Assembly (NCBI GenBank): GCA_951406725.2
Contig: OX597826.1
Coordinates: 4,588,001 to 4,652,000 of the forward strand
From: Octopus vulgaris
Lineage: Eukaryota
DNA: 64,000 nucleotides
Direction: 5' to 3'
The position numbers and the translations under genes were made by a program. The notes beneath the pieces were generated by a model. That model had not been told where the DNA came from. It saw only the letters and a list, made by a program, of their open reading frames with translations, and ran no database searches. Of the stretch, positions 1 through 13,657 are shown in pieces. The number at the start of each line of letters is the position of its first letter. Position 1 is the stretch's first letter.

Positions 1-224
1 TATATATGTATTCATGAATATGTGTGTATTTGTATCTGTGTATATATGCACAGAATACACTTTGATCTTAGCTAAAACGCTGCTTCTGTGTGTGTGGGTG
101 TATGTGTGTAGATCGATAGATAGGTAGATATACATGTAGAGATAGAGAAAGGGGAAAAGAAGATACGTAGGCATACATACACAAAGTCGCAAAATAACAC
201 ACCCACACCCACACAAACGCACAT

Positions 225-264
<40 letters not shown>

Positions 265-475
265 GTGTGTGTGTGCAATGTCGACGTCTGTTGTCGATAT
301 TGGTCTTTCATGTTTCACCAAACAACGTCTTGGTTCGATGGCTATATCCCATTTCGTTATTACTTCCCATAATTCCATAGAACTCCCACTCGCGTTGATG
401 GTGTGGAGGCCATTTTGTTTTGTTTACTATTTCATTTTTATTTCTATTTCTTTATTATTATTATTATTATTACTC

Positions 476-511
<36 letters not shown>

Positions 512-783
512 CTTCTTGGTCTTCAAAACGTAATTTTTTTTTTGTTATTGTTTTGTTTTGTTTGGAGGGGTTATTTTTGTTGTTTTGGTTGGGAATTGTT
601 CTTTACGATTTCCTGTCACTATTTATATATTGTGCGTCTTTTTCTTCTTTTTTCTTTTAGTATTTCGAATCATCATTTATCTATGGTTTGAATATGTTTG
701 TTTATGATATAAGTGTCTATGTGTAAGTCAGATAGCATATGTATGTATATACAACAGTTAATCCATCCATCCATACATATACG

Positions 784-815
<32 letters not shown>

Positions 816-1265
816 CATGTCGCTAGCAAGAATTGTATTGATAGTGACTTCGAAGGTTCGGCCGGCTAAGCCCTCATTGAACTAATATATATATATATAT
901 CAACAAGTCTATATCCCGATTCGATCTCACTTCGCGGCACCGTAGCAATGTGCCTTGTACAAAAGACTCAGAAAGTGTGCAGGGGCAAGTAGTGTGGGTG
1001 TGTGTGTGTTTGTGTGCATGTGCTTTTGTATGCTCCCATTATATCCGGTAAACTAGCGTGCCAACAAAGAATGATCGATAAAATGAATAGCATATATATA
1101 TATATATACATACATATATATATGCATATATATATACATATGTACATATATATATATATATACATACACACATATATATATATATATATATGCATATATA
1201 TATACATATGTACATATATATATATATATACATACACATATATATATATATATACATACACACAC

Positions 1266-1296
<31 letters not shown>

Positions 1297-1319
1297 CATA
1301 TATATACATACTTACATGC

Positions 1320-1355
<36 letters not shown>

Positions 1356-1864
1356 ATAGAATCGATATGATCGACCAAAACTCCTTGAAAATTGAGCTAC
1401 TGAATGCCCACAGTCGACTGACTAAAACAGTGAAGATTGAAAGAATAAAAGAATAATGGAATATGTGAATATCTCTGGAGAGTGCATTTCAGTTTTGTTT
1501 TGTTGTTCGTTATTATTATTCTACGAAATGACATTGTCATTCCATCCATATACGCTGTGCTTTCGACATATGGTCTCATATTTTTGTTGGATGTGTTTCT
1601 TTGTAATATACATAATTGTAGGATGTGTCTTGGTTTTCTCCTAGCTCTGGGAAATAAATAACAGACTTTCTGGGGAATGCTCCCTGTAATAGAATGGTAG
1701 GAATTCATCTGTCGTCCATCCACTGCATAATGTAAACTGCAGTGTCAAGCGTATGGCTTTTGTCAGATTCCCTGACACGTGGAGATATTCATATGTATGT
1801 ATTGGTCTGCCTCTCCATTGATCCAACTCCCTCCCTCTTTGTTTGTCTGTCATTCTCTCATAAA

Positions 1865-2066
1865 CGAGGGGGTGCTGAAAAGTTCCTGGCTTTAAGGGTA
1901 TCGCAAAAGGCCTGATTGGAATTCCAAATTTCCGAGTTCTTTTACAGGGCTTAGATAGGACCGCTGCAGTGTGTAAATCTGAGAGGGAAATATGTTGAAT
2001 AAAATCATAACTGATCCTCCAGTATTTTCTTTTACCCAAAGCCAGGAATTTTTCAACACCCCCTCG
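1865..2066 (+). mobile_element. Mariner-derived MITE (copy 1)
   Basis: ~29-bp TIRs CGAGGGGGTGCTGAAAAGTTCCTGGCTTT / AAAGCCAGGAATTTTTCAACACCCCCTCG, TA at the right flank. The interior keeps the transposase C-terminus (CVNLRGKYVE*). A second copy lies at 49243. Confidence 0.85.
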
Positions 2067-2129
2067 TATATGTATTTATTCTTATGTATGTATGTATGTA
2101 TGTATGTATGTGTGTGTGTGCGTGCGTGC

Positions 2130-2177
<48 letters not shown>

Positions 2178-2347
2178 ATGTATGTATGTATCCATTTGAT
2201 GCGTTTGTCTTTAACGCCGTCTAAGAAACACACATTCACGCATAATCTCTATTTGTTTCACTTGGCACGCTAAACTAACCCCTTTAAGTATATCTCAATA
2301 TTATATGCAGTGTCTATATACACGTGTGTTTTGTGTACGAGTGCGAG

Positions 2348-2390
<43 letters not shown>

Positions 2391-2603
2391 ATAATCTACA
2401 TATATATGACGGGTTTTTGCTTACTTTTTGTTTGCGAGGCTAAAATATCGCCCAGAGGAACCGAACTCAAAACCACATGTTCGCTAAGAGAACTTCTTAA
2501 TCAGAGACATGAACCTGTGCATTTATAAAAAAAAAAACGAATCTTTTCAAATGCAGAAATGCATCCATACATACATACATCCATACATACATACATACAT
2601 ACA

Positions 2604-2634
<31 letters not shown>

Positions 2635-2723
2635 CATTCTCCATGTAAGAGTCTATAAATGAATATGTTCACATACTTCGTTGTGTGCATCTAGAAAGAC
2701 ATGAAATAAAAAAAAGTAATAAT

Positions 2724-3129
2724 CCTTTCTATTATAGGCACAAGGCCTGAGATTTGAGGGGAAGGGACTAGTCTTTCACTGGTACTTACTTTATCGACTC
2801 CTTAAAGCCGCATAGCAATGTCGAACTCGGCGTAAATGGAACTCAGAACGTAGCGATGGGCGAAATACCGCTAAGCATTCCGTCCAGGGTGCTAACGATT
2901 CTTATTTCTTTATTGCCCACAAGGGGCTAAACATAGAGGGGACAAACATGGACAGACAAAGGGGTTAAGTCGATTACATCGACCCCAGTGCGTAAATGGT
3001 ACTTATTTAATCGACCCCGAATGGATGGATGAATGGCAAAGTCAACCTCGGCGGAATTTGAACTCAGAACGTAGCGGCAGATGAAATACGGCTAAGCATT
3101 TCGCCCGGCGTGCTAACGATTCTGCCAGC
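2724..3129 (-). mobile_element. SINE family B dimer (B1 unit followed by B2 unit)
   Basis: On the minus strand: tRNA-like head GCTGGCAGAATCGTTAGCACGCCGGGCG...GAGTTCAAATTCCGCCGAGG, B1 tail ...GGGCAATAAAGAAATAAG, joined to a second unit starting AATCGTTAGC and ending ...CCTATAATAGAAAGG. Flanked by AAAAAGTAATAAT / AAAAATGTAATAAT (probable TSD). Confidence 0.85.
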
Positions 3130-4189
3130 AAAAATGTAATAATACGCACAGACTGACAAAAACACAAAAACACCAACAGCTAGCAACTAAACGTGTTCAC
3201 ACAGAACGTAAGCGCACACGTACACTTAGAAGTATGCACATTCTGAGTCAACCACATATTTACAAACCCCGCGAACTGTCTTAAGTCTAAAAGTCTTGTC
3301 ACTTCGTTATCGACCGGCTTGAACTTTATGGGAGAAGAATTTAAATCTCAAAGAAACCATATAGATATACTCATATTCAGACACACGCACACATACACTG
3401 ATATACCGATAGAGAACCACACAAACATAAGCTCATCATAATGAATAATCGTTCATTAAAAATATGTTGTAGAGCGATAGTGAGAGTTTGAGGAATTTAA
3501 AATGAATGAGATAAATACATAAATTATTTTAGAACATTATAAGAAGACGCAGAAGAATAAGCAAAATATAGAAAGAAAAAAAACACACGAAAATAAATAA
3601 ATAATGAATGGGAGAAATAATGAAAGAAAGGAATAGAGGAGGGAATGGTGGAAATGAGACGAAAGAGAGATTATAAAATCTTATTTTTCAGCAGTTTTCA
3701 TTTGAGCGGATTAAAAGATATGTTGTTAATGTTGCAAATTTGATGTGAAAGATAAGTAGCTAATCCGAAGGGGTTGCGGAGGTCAGTAGGACAAGGTCAT
3801 CCTACAAACATCAGACCCCTTCTCTGCATTTTTCACAGTACCCTTGGAAAATCAACCCCACCACCACCACCACCTCCACCACTTCCAAAATAAAAAAAGA
3901 GAAAAGAAAAAGGAAATCCCTCCCGCCATATTGTGTCTGTCAAATGATGAAAATGTGTGATGGGGGAAGAAGGGTAGAGAGAGACTAATAGGATTTTTCC
4001 CCTATGGACAATTTATTTATTTTTTTATTTTAAATATATATAATAATCTTCAAATCTACAGATACAGTGCCTAGCAGTATTCACCTACAGATCTCCGTGA
4101 TTTGAGTTCAAATCCTGCCGACGATGACAACTTCCCCTTTACTTCCTTAAGGATCGATAAAATACGAGTTCAGTTATCATTCTTTTTAA

Positions 4190-4400
4190 GGCGACGAGCT
4201 GGCAGAATCGTTCCTTTGCCGATCAAGATACTTGGCAGCATTTTTTTCGTCCTTACCTTCTGAGTTCAAATTCTGCTTAGGTCAACTTTGCCTTTCGTCT
4301 TTTCGAGGTCGATAAAATAAGTACCAATTGAGTATTTGAGTTGATGTAATCAACTTAGCTTTTCCTCCGAAATTGAGTGTTATAGTGACTGACTGTTTAG
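4190..4400 (+). mobile_element. SINE family B (diverged, B2-type), with adjacent B fragments at about 4070-4170 and 4400-4500
   Basis: GGCGACGAGCTGGCAGAATCGTT head, GAGTTCAAATTC B-box, GGTCGATAAAATAAGTACC core. Confidence 0.75.
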
Positions 4401-4498
4401 AAGGACGGGACAAATATGTCTTCATGCATTTGTTCCGGGATTTTTACATTTTATGTTCAAATCCCACCGAGGACAACTTCATTTCTTATCTCTTCGGG

Positions 4499-4529
<31 letters not shown>

Positions 4530-4550
4530 AATACACACACACATACACAC

Positions 4551-4606
<56 letters not shown>

Positions 4607-4665
4607 TAGAGAGAGAAAGAGAGTAAAAAGGTGCCCAGAATGAGGAGGATGGAAAACCCGGAAAA

Positions 4666-4810
4666 AGCTTGCTTAACAACCACATGGTTCCGGGTTCAGT
4701 CCCACTGCGTGGCACCTTGGGCAAGTGTCTTCTACTATAACCTTAGGCCAACCAAAGCCTTGCGAGTGGATTTGGTAGACGGAAACTCAAAGAAGCCCGT
4801 TGTATATATG

Positions 4811-4841
<31 letters not shown>

Positions 4842-5059
4842 ATGTTTGTGTGTCTGTGTTTGTCCTTCTAGCATTGCTTGACAACCGATGCTGGTGTGTT
4901 TACGTCCCCGTATCTTAGCGGTTCGGCAAAAGAGACCGATAGAATAAGTACCGGGCTTACAAAGAATAAGTCCTGGGGTCGATTTGCTCGACTAAAGGCG
5001 GTGCTCCAGCATGGCCGTAGTCAAATGACTGAAACAAGTAACGGAGTAAAAGAGTAAAG
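4666..5059 (+). mobile_element. SINE family A (tRNA-derived head, CORE-like segment, internal TA/TG microsatellite)
   Basis: GGTTCCGGGTTCAGTCCC B-box, GCACCTTGGGCAAGTGTCTTCTAC CORE-like segment, tail ...GACTGAAACAAGTA(AAAGAGT)n. Near-identical to the copies at 18270, 56125 and 61198. Confidence 0.9.
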
Positions 5060-5783
5060 TATATAATGCGGTGGTGCCATCTTACTTGCCCACGAAATTT
5101 ATGTCATTTGCTGTTGAGTGCAACATAAGTAACTCGTACCAAATGGGATGAATTTCAATTTCTTTACTTTGTCTAGTCGTGAAGAGCACCTTTTGTATCA
5201 CGAGTGTTAAGTGTTGAGTTGCATGAAGCTAAATCAAACTGTTATAAATTCATCTATTTACCCATTGCTATTCAAAGAGATTGCATTCCGATTTTATATT
5301 CCGCTAAGGTCCACTTGGCAACTGAGATATAAGGTACTAGTCGAGTTAAACAGCGGACATAAATATCCCAGCATTTCAGGCCTTGTGCCATGATTAGAAA
5401 CTACGGTTGTTGTTTCAGAAGGTTTTTCTCGTCATTGAAAAAAAGAAAAAAGAAAAAAAGAAAAAGAAACAAACAAAAATCCACTCCAATCGATGTTTAA
5501 AATCTGAAACCCCTTGAGAAGTGAAAGGATAAAAAAAGTGAAAGGATAAAAAGAAAACCCTTGAGTAGTGAAAGGATAAAAAAAAAAGAAAGGAAAGAAG
5601 AAAGCTGGAAGCAAGGGGTTGATAGAAGGGGGACGAGAAGGAAGGATAACATGAGATGGGCGGATTAAGTTCAATGGGTTAGATGAGGACGTATGTTTTT
5701 GGTTGACCCAGTCCTGGCTTAACATCCCCTTCTTCTCTTCATTTACTATACAGCCTCAATCCTCTTAATGCATTTAACTTACC

Positions 5784-5830
<47 letters not shown>

Positions 5831-5997
5831 ACATACACAGACACATGTACGTTGAACATGACCTTCACACTGCCTTCTTCGAAGTGACAATAGAGTTTTA
5901 GTAATATGCATTTCTTTTTTTCTTTGTTGTTGTATATATTTTAAGTGCAAGACTTTTACTGACTTTCTTTCTATTTCACGAGCGCACACACACACAC

Positions 5998-6049
<52 letters not shown>

Positions 6050-6291
6050 TTGTAATGCTCTTAAATTTGGATCTGGCGGTAATCCTCAATCATTCAGTAG
6101 TATTTGGCTTTGAAGAGCTTCCTTTCTTACACAGTCTAAACATGCGAACACATAACTATGTGTGAGTACGTATATATATATACATTTGTGGCGGACTTCT
6201 TTCAGTTTTCATCTATCAGATCCCCTCTCAAGGCCTTCGTTGGGGCCGGGTTGTAGTAAAGGAAACTTCTTACCACACAGCTTCGTCAGCG

Positions 6292-6341
<50 letters not shown>

Positions 6342-6465
6342 GTGTGTGTATGTATCTTGATAGAAATGGCAAGACAACAAAAGAATGAAAGAGATCTCGA
6401 TATTATGTAAATAGAGGAATTTATCTGTAAATATAATATATGACAATTATTCGGTAGCCATGATA

Positions 6466-6757
6466 TGGGTACAGGACGTCACCAATTGTGAAAACAACAT
6501 GAGGTACGAAAACAAACGAGTAAAAAACGCAAACAACAAGAGAAAAAATGCAAAACAGGTTGAGTAACACAGAGAACACCCCTTCATCAGTTGTTGGTTA
6601 TCTACTCCTCACTCGAAATGAGATAGTCGACAACTGATAAAAGTCGCTGTCTGCGTTACTTGTCCTGTTTTCCATTTTTTCTCTCGTTGTTTGCGTATTT
6701 AATTCGCTTGTTTTCGTACTTCATGTTGTTTACACAGTTGGTGACGTCCTGCACACA
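6466..6757. repeat. Long imperfect inverted repeat (fold-back, ~135-bp arms, ~17-nt loop)
   Basis: CAGGACGTCACCAATTGTGAAAACAACATGAGGTACGAAAACAA...CATCAGTTGT (6472-6594) is the reverse complement of ACAACTGAT...TTGTTTTCGTACTTCATGTTGTTTACACAGTTGGTGACGTCCTG (6630-6751). Confidence 0.9.
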
Positions 6758-6761
6758 TATA

Positions 6762-6876
<115 letters not shown>

Positions 6877-6923
6877 TATTTATACTATTATTTAATTGAA
6901 CACCATGCATCCATTTCCAAGTA

Positions 6924-7009
<86 letters not shown>

Positions 7010-7010
7010 C

Positions 7011-7060
<50 letters not shown>

Positions 7061-7790
7061 CAGAGTGAGTGAGTGTGAGAGAGAGAGTGAGAGAGCATTT
7101 CTTCAAGTATATTTACATGTCAATCTCCATTTTTATTTTCACCCAAAAGCGTATAGTTTCACAAACACCAACAGCATTTACGTACCCTCATTATTATTTT
7201 CCTTAAATATATAAATGAACAGAAGACGCTACAATAACCATATCTTTAAAAAAATCATATAAAAATACATGCTGGTCTTATGGCAACGTTTCTGATCTGA
7301 GACTCTTAATGGACGAAGCTAAAGATGATGTGTCCTTAATCCTTTGGGTAAACGGATTTAATAATAATAAAAGGAAAAAAAAAACGTTTTGTTGGTTTAG
7401 GGAGATTATCTATAATTAGAACTAAAATCCTATCTTTAAAACGGGACAACGCATATGTTTGCTTTGTTCATTAGGTCACTTAAGGACAGGCGTCCTGAAT
7501 CCCTTGCAATCGTATCGACTTAGGTGTTTGTTCTGTCTGTTTTGTTCACGAATCTTGGAGGCTTCGTTATAAGTTGTATTGTTGTCGTTGTTGTTGATGT
7601 TGTACTAGTAGTAGCATTGATGGCAGGGGTGTTGGTGGACTAAATATGGCGGTAACAGATGATGGTAGATACCTATCTTGTGTGGTATTCGCACGCACAT
7701 ATCCATCCATCTATCTATAGAGCAATACTTGCTTATATATAGTATACACATACATAAACACTGCACCTCTCTCTCTCACTCTCACTCAGC

Positions 7791-7842
<52 letters not shown>

Positions 7843-7993
7843 GTGTGTTTATGTATGCATATGTGTGTATGTATGTATCTATATATATATGTGTGTGTGT
7901 GTGTTTATTATATATGTGTATATGTATAAATGTATTTATATATGTGTATATGTATATATGTATATATATATGTATATGTATATATATGTGTGA

Positions 7994-8042
<49 letters not shown>

Positions 8043-8164
8043 TATAGAAAGTACATGAATACATGCATATATACACAGGCACCACGTTCAAGGACTTTCT
8101 AGTCAAAAAATTGATCGCCCCCTGTACTTACATGTAGTAAATTCAAATAAACGAATTATGAAAT

Positions 8165-8265
8165 TAACGGACAACAAAAGGACGTGCACAGGGAATGTCT
8201 TAGCTTGACGCTCGAGAAATAGAGAGAGTTTTTGACGTTTCGAACATAGCTCCTCTTGAAAGATT
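8165..8265 (-). mobile_element. Repeat fragment with decayed hammerhead-like core (Penelope-like element terminal repeat?)
   Basis: Minus strand reads CAAGAG-GAGC-TAT-GTTC-GAAACGTCA...GAGCGTCAAGCTAAGAC...CACGTCCTT, homologous to 25031-25125. Confidence 0.45.
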
Positions 8266-8702
8266 TGACTGCTATTTCTACTACACAGAACAGTCATATA
8301 GTCGTTTCTTTATAATTTATTCGAAATAGTTGGCTCGACTTGTACTTTGGGTTTATACTTAATTTCATCCTTTTGAACTCCGGGTCCCAGCATATTCCCA
8401 AGTATAACCATCATTCGTTAAAGAAAACGACTTGGTAACACGTACCACGGTTTTTGGTAATTATTTAGGGTGCGTATGTTATTGCGTGGAGGAATAGATA
8501 CTCCGACTCTCCTGAATTTTGATCCAGCAAACCTTCCAGGATATGATGTCTGGTTGACATTTTCAGTTGAATTAACTGGAGGAACATAAAAAGCCTTTCC
8601 TTGGTCAAGCAGACAAGGCGTCACTTCCTCACGGTGCTAACCTTATGAACTCGTAATCGCGAACCCAAAATCCTAACTACAACGACATGGGCCGTCATAC
8701 TA

Positions 8703-8899
8703 TCCTTTCTACTATAGACACAAAACCAGAAATTCAGCGGGAGGAGGCTAGTCGATAACATCGACCCCAGTGCTTAAAGGTTACTTGTTACATCGACCCC
8801 GAAAGCATGATAGGCAAAGTCGATCTCGGCGGAATTTGAAGGATGGACGAAATGCCGCTAAGCATTTTACTTGACGTCCTAACGATTCTGCCAGCTGAC
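8703..8899 (-). mobile_element. SINE family B (B2-type tail)
   Basis: TCCTTTCTACTATAGACACAA...GTCGATAACATCGACCCCAGT...GGCAAAGTCGATCTCGGCGGAATTTGAA...AACGATTCTGCCAGC. Confidence 0.8.
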
Positions 8900-9156
8900 C
8901 ATACAATAAAATTAAATTGCAAAATGCAATACTTAAGCTTTGTATCCAAGGAAGTTTCTTCTACGATCTATCCCTTATAGCCCTCTTAAAATATACGATT
9001 TTTCTCTAATACAAAAGAATATCTAATTTGAGAGCATTTGTCCAAATGGCTGATTTTTATTATGCTAATGTGCAAGGAATGCCCGATTGGGCTTCAAGGT
9101 GTAGATTACGCTACTTTTGAGGTCTGTACGCTGATTATTCTAATTTAGGTTACTTC

Positions 9157-9240
<84 letters not shown>

Positions 9241-9867
9241 TATATATATATATATACATACGTACGTACGTACGCATTTATGCATATGTATATGTGAATG
9301 CATGCATATTTATTCTTTTGTCAAAGAATTGCTACATACTTCTTTCAACTTTGGCAGACAAGAGGTAAAAAAAACACAATCACAAACGCAGAGACAACGA
9401 AAAAAAAGAGCAAAAATACGCCAAAATATTTTTTAAAAAACAAACAGCCAAAAAAAAAACACTAACAAAAAACATAAATAATAAAATCAAAGTTTGTCGT
9501 ACGCGTTGACTTTGATATATTTCTTTCTTTCCTTCTTTCTTCCTTCATTTCATTATTTCTTTCTTTCCTTTTCGTTCGGCCGATTTTTATCTTCCCGTAT
9601 TTTATAGTCCATTCATGCTGGCCTCTTCACTAATATCTGCCAAACGATAAGCGTTCGGGGAATAGTTTTTATACGTCCTGAACTTTCACCTTGTTTTGAT
9701 AATGTCAGTTAATATGAACATAAAACTCCCACAAATGAGAAATAAAATAGTATAAAACAGCTAACCCCATGCTGTTCGGTAAAAGTGATTTTTTGTGTAC
9801 CTGTTTTCGCATACATATATATATATATATATATATAAATATATATAAATATATACATATATATTTA

Positions 9868-9927
<60 letters not shown>

Positions 9928-10115
9928 TATACATATATATTTATGCATATATATATATGTATGTATATATATATATATATGTGTGTGTGTGTGCGTGTAT
10001 AGGCTATTATTAAGAGTATTTGATAAAGCTTCTATGCCTGTTTAATCAATAATGGCTACGGGTTTAATATTCATACATATTTACCCATACACACAGGCAT
10101 GTGTGTGTTATCACA

Positions 10116-10169
<54 letters not shown>

Positions 10170-10453
10170 CTCAACTACACATACCGATATACAGATATAT
10201 CTGTAATCATTCACATACACACACAGTCATTCGCATATAGACGCTTACAGACAGACAATAAATTTATCTGGAATTATTTATGCTTATATGTAAATCGAAT
10301 TTAAGTTGTCAAAACAGTCAATCACAGCTTGATACAGCCCAAAATATATTTTCTTTTGCTGACCTCTACAGGAAAGAAATAATTCATAAAAATCATAATC
10401 CAGAATCACCTTAAACGAATCAATTTACATACCCGCATATACATATATAGATA

Positions 10454-10594
<141 letters not shown>

Positions 10595-10658
10595 TATGTG
10601 CCTGTATATAATATGTATAAAACAAATATTGATAAAGAGCACTCAATGCAGCTACTAA

Positions 10659-10901
10659 TTCTTTTTACTCTTTTACTTGTTTCAGTAACTTGGCTGCAGC
10701 CATGCTGGAGCATCGCCTTCTTATTTAATTTTTTTTTTTAGTCGAGCAAATCGATCCCAGGAATTATTCTTTGTAAGCCTAGTACTTATTATTTCGGTCT
10801 CTTTTGCCGGACAGCTAAGTTACGAGGACGTGAATACACCGACACCAGTTATCAAGCGGTGATGGAGGGACAAAGACACACACACACGAACACAAACACA
10901 C

Positions 10902-10989
<88 letters not shown>

Positions 10990-11130
10990 CAAGCTTCTTT
11001 CAGTTTCCGTGTATCAAATCCACTCAGAAGGCTTTGGTCGGCCTCAGGCTTTAGTAGAAGACACTTGCCCAAGGTGCCACACATAGGACTGAATCCAGAA
11101 CCATGTGGTTGGGAAGCAAGCTACTTACCA
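10659..11130 (-). mobile_element. SINE family A
   Basis: Reverse complement of the family A consensus, from tail (TTTTACTCTTTTACTTGTTTCAGT) to head (GCAAGCTACTTACCA), with expanded internal CA/TA repeat. Confidence 0.9.
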
Positions 11131-11914
11131 AACAAAATTTGTTAACTTTGAATTCAAATTTTGAATTCCTGGAAAGTTTTATTCCTCCAAACAGAACTCA
11201 AGGCAGACTAAACTCGCGATCACTCTCAACATATATTTACGCGCTTCTACACACCTTATACACATCCAAAAACATACTTACACACACACACAAACTCATG
11301 CGCATTAATGGACAGATACACACACATATACGCTCATATGAACACTTTCCAGTGAACAAAGAGAATAGAATGGTATTACAGTTTATATCTAACGTATTTC
11401 ACTCAATCAAAAAGTACATGACAGATCGTCAATCCTAGTTTCACTTTCCCAATTTTCAGATCATCCAATTTCCGAGACTGAGCACGCGCATACACGTGCA
11501 AGAGCATATGGAAGGTTTCGGGTGTGGGGACGTACAAAATAGAGCTCAACACAAAAACATAAATGTGAGTTTATTAATAATGTGATTCAGGAGTTTACAT
11601 TCCGATCAAAGCTTTTTATTAAAGTGCAATAAATCGATATATACTCTGCACGAGGATCCAGACCCTTCAATTACCTATGTAGTTTCATGTACTATACATA
11701 CTTTCATACATAAAGATATACATACATAAAAACATACATATATATACATATACATATAGATACATACACGTGTATGTATGTGGGTGGACTTCCGTTTTCT
11801 ACCTACGACGCATCACTTCTGCTGACACTTAACCTAAGTAATTATTGGCTTCTTGTTGACATAAGATATAAGGACGCTCTTGATGTGAAGAAGGAGTGTT
11901 ATACTAAGTCCATC

Positions 11915-11955
<41 letters not shown>

Positions 11956-13060
11956 CTCACTATTTTATCCACTACTCTCCACCATCACCTTTTCTATATT
12001 TAATTTACTCCTTATTTCACCGAATCCACCATACCACCCCTGGCTATCTTAAATATTTGAATGAAGAAATGTAATATTGACTCTATCTGGTATCTAACAA
12101 AGACGCTTGAACAATCATATGACCAAAGAAAAGTGGACAATATTAAGCAATAATAAAAGAAAATTTAACATGGGCTCGAGATTACACATTGTCTAAAGGG
12201 ATAGAGAGTAGAGTCGATATAATCGATATCAATAGTTGATTGGTAAATATTTTGTCGACTCTGAAAGGTTGTAATGCAATATTGACACCTCCAGGATACC
12301 AACTAATTAAACTAAATAGCCCAAGTCCCTTTGTATGATAGTACCACTCTGTCTGCCTTTGCCATGAAACTTAATATCGATACGGATGTGGTACGGTCAT
12401 TAGAGTATCCGATAGAGCATATTCTATGTTCTGGATATCTGCGCTCTCGGTTCAAATCCTGTTGAAGTCGAACTTTATTTTTCAACCGTCTAGAGTCAAA
12501 AAATAAAATACTAATCAACTATTGGGACCAATTATACTTAATCCTCTTCCCGAACACTCAGACTGTCTATCTGTCTCTGTCTGTGTGTCTTTCTGTCTCT
12601 CTGAATCGGTTGTGTTGCGCCGAGGGAAGTGTTGTTGCCAAGGCAGCCGCAACAAACTAAGTTAACTAAACATTTGTCTTGGGCGCCAGAAGCTAGATAT
12701 GCAACTCAAATTCTGAACTTTGTCCAAATTTCTTAATCTAACTAAAATCGCAAAATCGCTAAAACTTTGTAATGAATCTCATACGTTAGTTCACAGTTAT
12801 TGCTATGGAGCATTGTTGTAGCATTAACAGGAAATTGAAACATCACCATTTGAACGATCTATACCATATTGTAAAAACTATCTGTGGAAAGCTACTACTC
12901 CTGTCGTAACTGCTAGAAGAAGAGAGAGCGTTCTCTGGTTGGCCTATGTCATTGACGATCATGGTGCGGTGCGGGCCGTACTCGTACCAGACCGCTCGTA
13001 GGGTTTCTTCTGCAATGGAGACAGACTGAGCGAATGGTTTGCAAAATACTTCTCTCAGCT

Positions 13061-13273
13061 TTACATCTTGTTTCAGTAATTGGAAAGTGACCATATTTTG
13101 GCACCATCTTCAACAGTATAGTCGACCTAACTGACCCCAATTTTTCTTTTTTTTATGGCCAGTACATATTCTATCGAACCGCCAGATTATGTGGACGTAA
13201 ATAAACCAAAAACTATAAGCGATGTTAGACGGGAACACACACTCAGACACACTCCCTCACACACGCACACACA

Positions 13274-13329
<56 letters not shown>

Positions 13330-13480
13330 ACAAGGCTCCTCACTGTTGCCGTGAACCACATTCATTCACAAGGCACCGGTGGTCAGCTCGGGTCAATAAA
13401 GGAGAAGACTCTTGTCCCCTAAGTGTAAGGCAGAGGAACTGAACTGAAAACGGATACAAAGTGAGATTCTTAAAATCCTC
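13061..13480 (-). mobile_element. SINE family A, old diverged copy
   Basis: TCTTGTTTCAGT...TAGTCGAC...GGACGTAAATAAACC...(CA)n...ATTCATTCACAAGGC...GAACTGAAC, collinear with family A. Confidence 0.6.
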
Positions 13481-13657
13481 AGTTATGCCTATGTCTATTA
13501 CAGGAGGGGAAAATCGTGCTATGTTGCTGGAAACGTTCGATGCTGGGGCGTTGTGCACTGCACCACAAATATAAAGAAGAGAGATAAAAAGCATTGGCTC
13601 ATATCCACACATTTATGGAGAAAAGAGGCTTTTGTTCGGAAATAAGACACTAGTTGA

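Noticed and set aside
6575-6645. CTGATGAAG / CTGATAAAAG as a hammerhead core in the fold-back
   Set aside because: No GAAA follows the putative stem II, so the catalytic core cannot be completed.
12843-13140. Complex-sequence ORFs of 83 and 63 aa
   Set aside because: They partly overlap a decayed SINE tail and show no recognisable motif or convincing splice boundaries.
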